Source: the human T2T-CHM13v2.0 reference genome, Homo sapiens. Taken from it: a stretch of DNA of 64,000 bases. Shown here in pieces: positions 53,443-64,000 of the stretch. The first letter of the stretch is position 1; every line of letters begins with the position of its first letter. The notes below the pieces were generated by a model, which saw only the letters and a program-made list of their open reading frames with translations, was not told the origin of the DNA and made no database searches. The stretch lies in assembly GCF_009914755.1 (NCBI RefSeq), contig NC_060925.1; one strand, written 5' to 3'. The translations under genes and the position numbers were made by a program.

Positions 53443-54289
53443 TGAACCGGGAACTCGCTGCCACTCTCTCCCAGGCCCTCCAGCCAATGCTGATGTGCAA
53501 GCCCCAGGCTGAACAACTGCCACCTGCTGAAGGCAGACATGGCTCACTCACAAGGCCTCGAGCCACCTGTGGGCAGGGGTCCTCCCTGCTCCTTCTTCTG
53601 TCATCCCTTCCTCACATGGCACCTGGGGCAGAGCCCACAGGGTGGCCTCTTGTCCTGGGTTACAAGGAGCCCGCCTGAGGACTCAGAATGTGGCCCTCTC
53701 ACGGTGGGGTGAGACAGGCCTGAGCTCATATCCTGGGTCTGCCTGTGGGTCCCTGGGCAAGTCACTTGCCCCTTTTTGAGTTTCACTTCCTCAGGGATGT
53801 GACAGGCAGCAGTGCTATCACCTCAGCTAGCTTCCAGAAGGTTCGTGAATAGCCCAGGTAAGGGAGTGGATTTACAAAGAGCTTTATTCATGTAAATTAC
53901 ACATGAGTAAACTTGTGTAGTTGGGTAGGGTTGGCCTGAATCCCCATCCCTCTTACCCTCCATGTTTATGTTCTCAGCAGCTAAAAGGCCTTTGGAGGCC
54001 AAGAATCTGAACTCCTGGCTGATGCTTAATTTAACCAAAGAACTACAGTTGTTTTGATCTACACTCTCTCTCCCCTTCCCTCCTTCCCTTTCTTCTTCCT
54101 TCTCTTTCTCCTTTCTCTCCATAAAGAGATGGCCCAGGGTCTCACAAAATAATTGAAAACCAAGTTATGTACCTCAGGTTCTCAACAGAACAGATGGGTT
54201 TAATAAGATTTTGCTGTGTTCCCACTGCACACATGCAATTTTAATTCTTTCCCTTTGCTGTTTACAAAAAGTACCAAAAAATCATGTGC

Positions 54290-54677
<388 letters not shown>

Positions 54678-54855
54678 TCATTTAATCTTCCCAGAACCTC
54701 TGTACAGGAGGGACTATTATTCCTATTTTATAGGTGGGGACACTGAATTCAGGGAAGTTGTTTGTCTAAACCCATTCAAAAGGTAAATGGCAGAGGCAAG
54801 ATTTTAACCTAGGACTGTCTTGCATCAAAGTCTTTGTCCATTCCTTATCTTTTTC

Positions 54856-54861
<6 letters not shown>

Positions 54862-54886
<25 letters not shown>

Positions 54887-55067
54887 TTGAGATGGAGTCT
54901 TGCTCGCTGCCACTCTCTCCCAGGCCCTCCAGCCAATGCTGATGTGCAAGCCCCAGGCTGAACAACTGCCACCTGGAGTACAGTGGTGCGATCTTAGCTC
55001 ACTGCAACCTCCGCCTCCCAGGTTCAAGTGATTGTCCTGCCTCAGCCTCCCACCATGCTGCCTGGCC
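54862..55067 (-). mobile_element. Rearranged Alu with (TA)n tail, carrying a 73-bp non-Alu insertion
   Basis: (TA)n, gagatggagtcttgctc, insert, ggagtacagtgg...ctcagcctcc, then a large internal deletion. Confidence 0.8.
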
Positions 55068-56140
55068 TACGTTTGGTGCTCACTGAATTTGCTGAATGAA
55101 TATCCCAAGTGATTGACAATGATGAATGAAAAAAATGGTGACATCACCTGTCATTCACAAAGCATGTATGTACCATGCACACACATACACACATGTACAC
55201 ATGGACAATCATGTGCACGAGCATGTACATACATGCAAACACACACACGTTCAGCTCTGTAAATCCTTCAAGCATCATCACAACTCTGAGGGCAGTTGCT
55301 ACCAGTATCCCTCTTTTACTGATGGAGAAACGAAGGTGGGCCTCAGAACCCAGGCCTGTGTGCTTCCAAATCAAGAGCCTTAAACACTGTTGCTCTGAAA
55401 ACACGTTTGCTTCATCCAGAGGCTGGATGGATGGGGCTTCTACTCAGGCCAATCTTAGAGGGCTCAGTTTTGGGTTTAATCTTCCCTCCTGCCCCAAAGT
55501 CTGAGTCACAGCTTTGGCTGAAACCCCGCAGGTCCTCCTTCTCAAACCCCAAAGGGTTGCTTCCTTTCTAGCCCTGCAGCCGCCAGCCTTCACGGGCCCC
55601 CTCCTCTGGCTGGAGGGTCTGTCACCCTGTTTGGGTACAGGCTCCTGCACGCTGGCGGCCTCCTGTTCTAGCACCCTGCCCTGTCTCCAAGGCAGCACTC
55701 AGAAAGCTCAGCCTAGGCCCCTCCAGCCCCTCCCTCCACCACCAAAGACTAACACAGAAGCCTCTCAGACCTTGTTCAAAGACCTCCCTGTGGCCCAATC
55801 TTTGTTTTTCAGTCTGTGTTCCACTCGCCCATGTCCCTTCCCCCAGCTCCAACCAGGCCAAGCCGCCCCAGCCTCTCCTGTCATCCTGCTGCTCTCAGGC
55901 CTGACACAGAAACATCTTCTCAGAATCCCCCCTTCTGTCCATCATGCTACTGGAGGGCCGCTTCCCAGATCAGATCACCAGGCCTGGGCCTGCTCCTAAC
56001 AGGGCCGGTGCCCGGCCGGTTCCTGGGATCTTCCAGGACAGGGATTAGGTCTCAAATATGTGTCCCCAACACAGAGCCTGGGCATACTAAGTGCTCCGTA
56101 AGCATTGTCACTTCCCCGCTGGCACGAGGTTTGGACAGAC

Positions 56141-56258
56141 CTGCAGTAGCCGTTGATGATCCTCCCGGACACCACCTTCCGGAAAGGCTCCCAATGCTTG
56201 GCTTCTCCCTCCACAGGCGCACCCAGCAGGATGACGTCCTCGATGATTCCTTGGCAAT
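56141..56258 (-). CDS. TMCO4: TMCO4 third-from-last coding exon
   Basis: Acceptor tcttttgccag|AT, donor CAG|GTCTGT; (D)CQGIIEDVILLGAPVEGEAKHWEPFRKVVSGRIINGYC(R); 118 nt, phase 1 to 2, joins in frame with the next exon. Confidence 0.92.
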
Positions 56259-56438
56259 CTGGCAAAAGACCCCAGAAAAGGCCGTCAGTGTCCCTGGCCA
56301 CAGTGGGTGCTGGGAGGGACTCCAACAGCAGTGGAGGAGATGAATGTCACACACATACACATGCACACACGTGAACGTGGACAATCATGTGCAAATGTGC
56401 ATGTACACACATGCAAATACGCAAACATGCATGGATAG

Positions 56439-59403
<2,965 letters not shown>

Positions 59404-60467
59404 TAACCAGAGTGCTTTCAGTGGTTTTCCTTTTGGGCTTCCATGTCAGAGTTTGTCTGAATACAGGGTTCCAGGCTGATAACAGTTTGAAAACCCTTGT
59501 AGTACCAAGCTCTCTGAGTTCCCCTCTGGCTCTGAGGTTAAAAGACTCCATAGCACAGAACTCTGATTTTGCTCCTTTTGTTTCCAGGACAATGACAATC
59601 TGGCAGAAGAATGTAAAACTTCAGTAAGCTGACAGTTTGTGGTGAATAGCAAGGATGGCTCAGATATCCCTCCAACATAAAGGCTACTTCAGGTGCTTTT
59701 GTTGTTGGCAAGGCTGTTGCTGAAAAGGCCCTTAGAGATCAACGCGATTTCCCTTGGAAGACGAGGAAACAGGGTCAGAGAGGGGATGGGGCTTGCCCAA
59801 GGTCACACAGCCAATGAGAATAAGCCTGGGAGCAGAACGCAGACTGCACGCAGAGCTGCTGGTCCCTGGGGCCTTTCTCTCTGCTGTCTGCAATAACAAC
59901 GTGCACAGTGATCATATGCGGGTTATCGTTGCTCCTACAGTGCCAAATGGTTGTGGACCCAGGGATAACCATGAGCTCAGCAGCTTTCTCTGGGGGCCGG
60001 CCATTCAGGGCGCCTTCTCTGCCTGGCAGAGTCTGCCCTGCTAAGAGCTGGGACTGCTTTTCGAGCCTTGGTGCGGCTGCCTGCAGGGCTGGGACCCCTT
60101 GTGGCCAGCGGTGGTAATAGCAGCATTCCTGAGCCACAGTCAGGATCCACGGACAGCTGAGCTTCAGGAAAACCTAAAAAGGGAGCCGCCTGTGACCTTG
60201 AACTGAGACTCGTAGTTGAACCCCATAAAATAGTCCTGAGCACAGCCAAACCAAGCTGGCAACACATTTACCCATCTCTGAAGCTGGGCTGGCAGCTGCC
60301 TAGCTGGGACCCTCCCCCTTTCCTCCTTAGACCACTGCCATGCCCAGATGTACCCTTAGATTTTAAAGATTTGCTCTCTTTGTCGCTGCTGACCTGGAGA
60401 TAAGCTACGTGGCAGGCTCTCAGCAATGCATGGTGTTAGCTAAGGGCGGTTGGCAAGAACCACCTTA

Positions 60468-61119
<652 letters not shown>

Positions 61120-61289
61120 CTATTTAGGTTAGGAAAAAGACGATACTGGCTGCTGTCATAGCTGCTGGAAAGGAAAAAAAAAAACAGTCAAAATCCACTG
61201 TTTGGTTCAAAACCTTATAATACTAGAATAATTCAGCCTTCCAGGTAAACTACGGAAAATCCTCACTCGGGTACCACTTTTTAATTTAA

Positions 61290-61586
<297 letters not shown>

Positions 61587-62539
61587 AGGTACCACTTGCA
61601 GTGTCAAGCAAGTCCCTTCCACAGGGACAGAAAATCCTTCAGATCATCATGTGGATTCAGTGTAGAATGCCCCCGGTTTTCAAGACCGACAAAAGAAACT
61701 GAGATTTAAACATTTCAATAATAATGGATATGAGAAGACCTCACTGCCCTTTCACTGCATGGACAATGAGTGTTTGCTGAAACATGTTTGGGATTTATTC
61801 CTACCGCTACCATCAGCTTTTCTTCTTGTAAATTTTCAAGACATTAGGAGAGCCCTATATAGCTTTAGAAATATTCAGACTTTTTATGTAAAAGAGGGCA
61901 GGGATTAACTTCAAGTTCAGGAGTCGAGTCATAGACATGTAGAGCGTTTATGCTTGCATTTCTCATTTTTAAACAGTTCTCGCTAAGTTATTAATATCCT
62001 ATTTTTACTGTGAGAGCTGAAGGCCTTTCATCCTATTATAACTTTGGCATTAAGGCAGTTCCAAACCTGCAGTAGTTGGAAAAGCTTCATCAGTCATGTC
62101 TTTACCCCTCAGCTCTTAGAACTTATTGTCATTCACATGTGCCGTGAAAAAAAATGTTTCTTTCCAACACTTTCTTTGCCTCTACCTCTTATTGCTATTT
62201 TAAACACAGGAGCCCAGCTGATCACTTTACATTCTCAGTCATAGGCATGAGATGTCTTTTTAGATTGATGGAAATGTTCTAAAATTGGATTTGGTGATGA
62301 TTGCACAGCTCTATATATGTCCTAAAAATCATTAAATTGTGCATTTAAAATGGGTGGGTCTTGTGGTACATAAATTATACTGCAGTGAAGTCAGATCATG
62401 TCACCTTTGTGCTTAAAAACCTCCCAGGGGACCCATCTCTCATGGAGTCAAAGTTAAAGTCATTGCAATGGCCTCGAAGCCCTGCCTGACCTTCCCTTCA
62501 TTCTCTGTGCTCCAGCCACACTGGCCTTGCTGTTCCCTC

Positions 62540-63010
<471 letters not shown>

Positions 63011-63081
63011 TATATAACCCCTTGAAGTCTGCCTGGGCACATGCCACATGCAGGTTTAGGTGCACGCCTAGCCTTCTCGGT

Positions 63082-63464
63082 TGTATTAGTCCATTTTCAC
63101 ACTGCTAGAAAGACCTACCTGAGACTGGGTAATTTATGAAGAAGAGAGGTTTAATTGACTCACAGATCCACAGGCTTAACAGGAAGCATGACTGGGAGGC
63201 CTCAGGAAACTTACAATCATGGCGGAAGGTGAAGGGGAAGCAAGCTTGTCTTCCCATGGTGGAGCAGGAGAGAGAGTGAAGGGGAAGTGTGACACACCTT
63301 TAAGCAACCAGATCTCGTGAGAACTCACTATCATGAGAACAGCATGGGGAAATCTGTCACTATAATCCAATCACCAATCGCCTCCCACCAGGCCTCTCCT
63401 TCAACACAGCGGGATTACAACGCCACATGAGATTTGGGTGGGGACACAGAGCCAAACCATATCA
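63082..63464 (-). mobile_element. MSTA-like (MaLR) solo LTR
   Basis: tgtattagtccattttcacactgct...aggaagcatg...gggacacagagccaaaccatatca. Confidence 0.85.
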
Positions 63465-64000
63465 CTTGTATAAGGGTAAACAATTCTACTCTGGGGGTTT
63501 GGGACAGCCTAGTTTTGTTAGAGGCTATTGTAGGGAAGCCTACGATGGTACTGTCACATGCTGAACCATTCTGAATGCTTCCAGACAGCATCCTCAGAAG
63601 AGGAAACAGAAAGTTCAAAGGTCAAAGACCCCCAGAATTTAGATAATTTCTGTTTCTATCTTGTGAATTGCTCTTGTCATGTTTTCAGCAGCTCACACTG
63701 GACTCCTGAGACGGTGCTTTACCACTTGGTACCCCTAAAAGTCTGGAAATTATCTTAGCTTTTTAAAAAAAAAATACATAAATAAAAAAAAAAAAACCCA
63801 AGAGCTGAGAATGGACAGCGTCATCACAGCAGCAAACTTCAGCTCACACTAGAGCCTTGATCTCAAAAACTGTGTTTAAATTAAGTTTTTTGTGAAACTA
63901 AACATTCTTAAAATGCACAAAGCGGGGCCAGCCCTTCCAAAGGGCCCCACAGAGAACACTTTCGGACAGTGTGGGGCCTTTGCCAGCGGGAATCAGGTGA

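Overview
Human (primate) genomic DNA. From the proteins and gene order I recognise it as the 1p36.13 NBL1-HTR6-TMCO4 locus. It holds three genes. (1) NBL1/DAN, a secreted cystine-knot BMP antagonist, on + strand: CDS join(10408..10577,10701..10812,12243..12506), 181 aa, with an in-frame alternative upstream coding exon at 1328..1410 and a polyA signal at 13812. (2) The complete HTR6 serotonin receptor gene on + strand: CpG-island promoter near 20.0-21.9 kb, CDS join(21131..21844,33943..34101,34295..34744), 440 aa, polyA signal at 36322. (3) The last three coding exons of TMCO4 on - strand (56258..56141, 49926..49809, 38820..38416), convergent with HTR6. The rest is intron or intergenic sequence rich in Alus, with solo LTRs (ERV1-type, THE1, MST), DNA transposon fossils (MER30, MER5A, Tigger3-like), MIR/L2 and simple repeats. 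I see no RNA genes, no CRISPR array and no evidence of a wholly new multi-gene system. The most interesting signals are regulatory or structural: a 58-codon uORF overlapping the HTR6 start, a consensus 5' splice site 22 nt past the HTR6 exon-2 donor near a UG repeat, a near-consensus REST/RE1 site in HTR6 intron 1, a 73-bp locally templated insertion inside an Alu, an Alu with three tandem right arms, and the probable Asp/His catalytic residues of the TMCO4 hydrolase fold. Repeat subfamily names and boundaries were judged by eye and are approximate.
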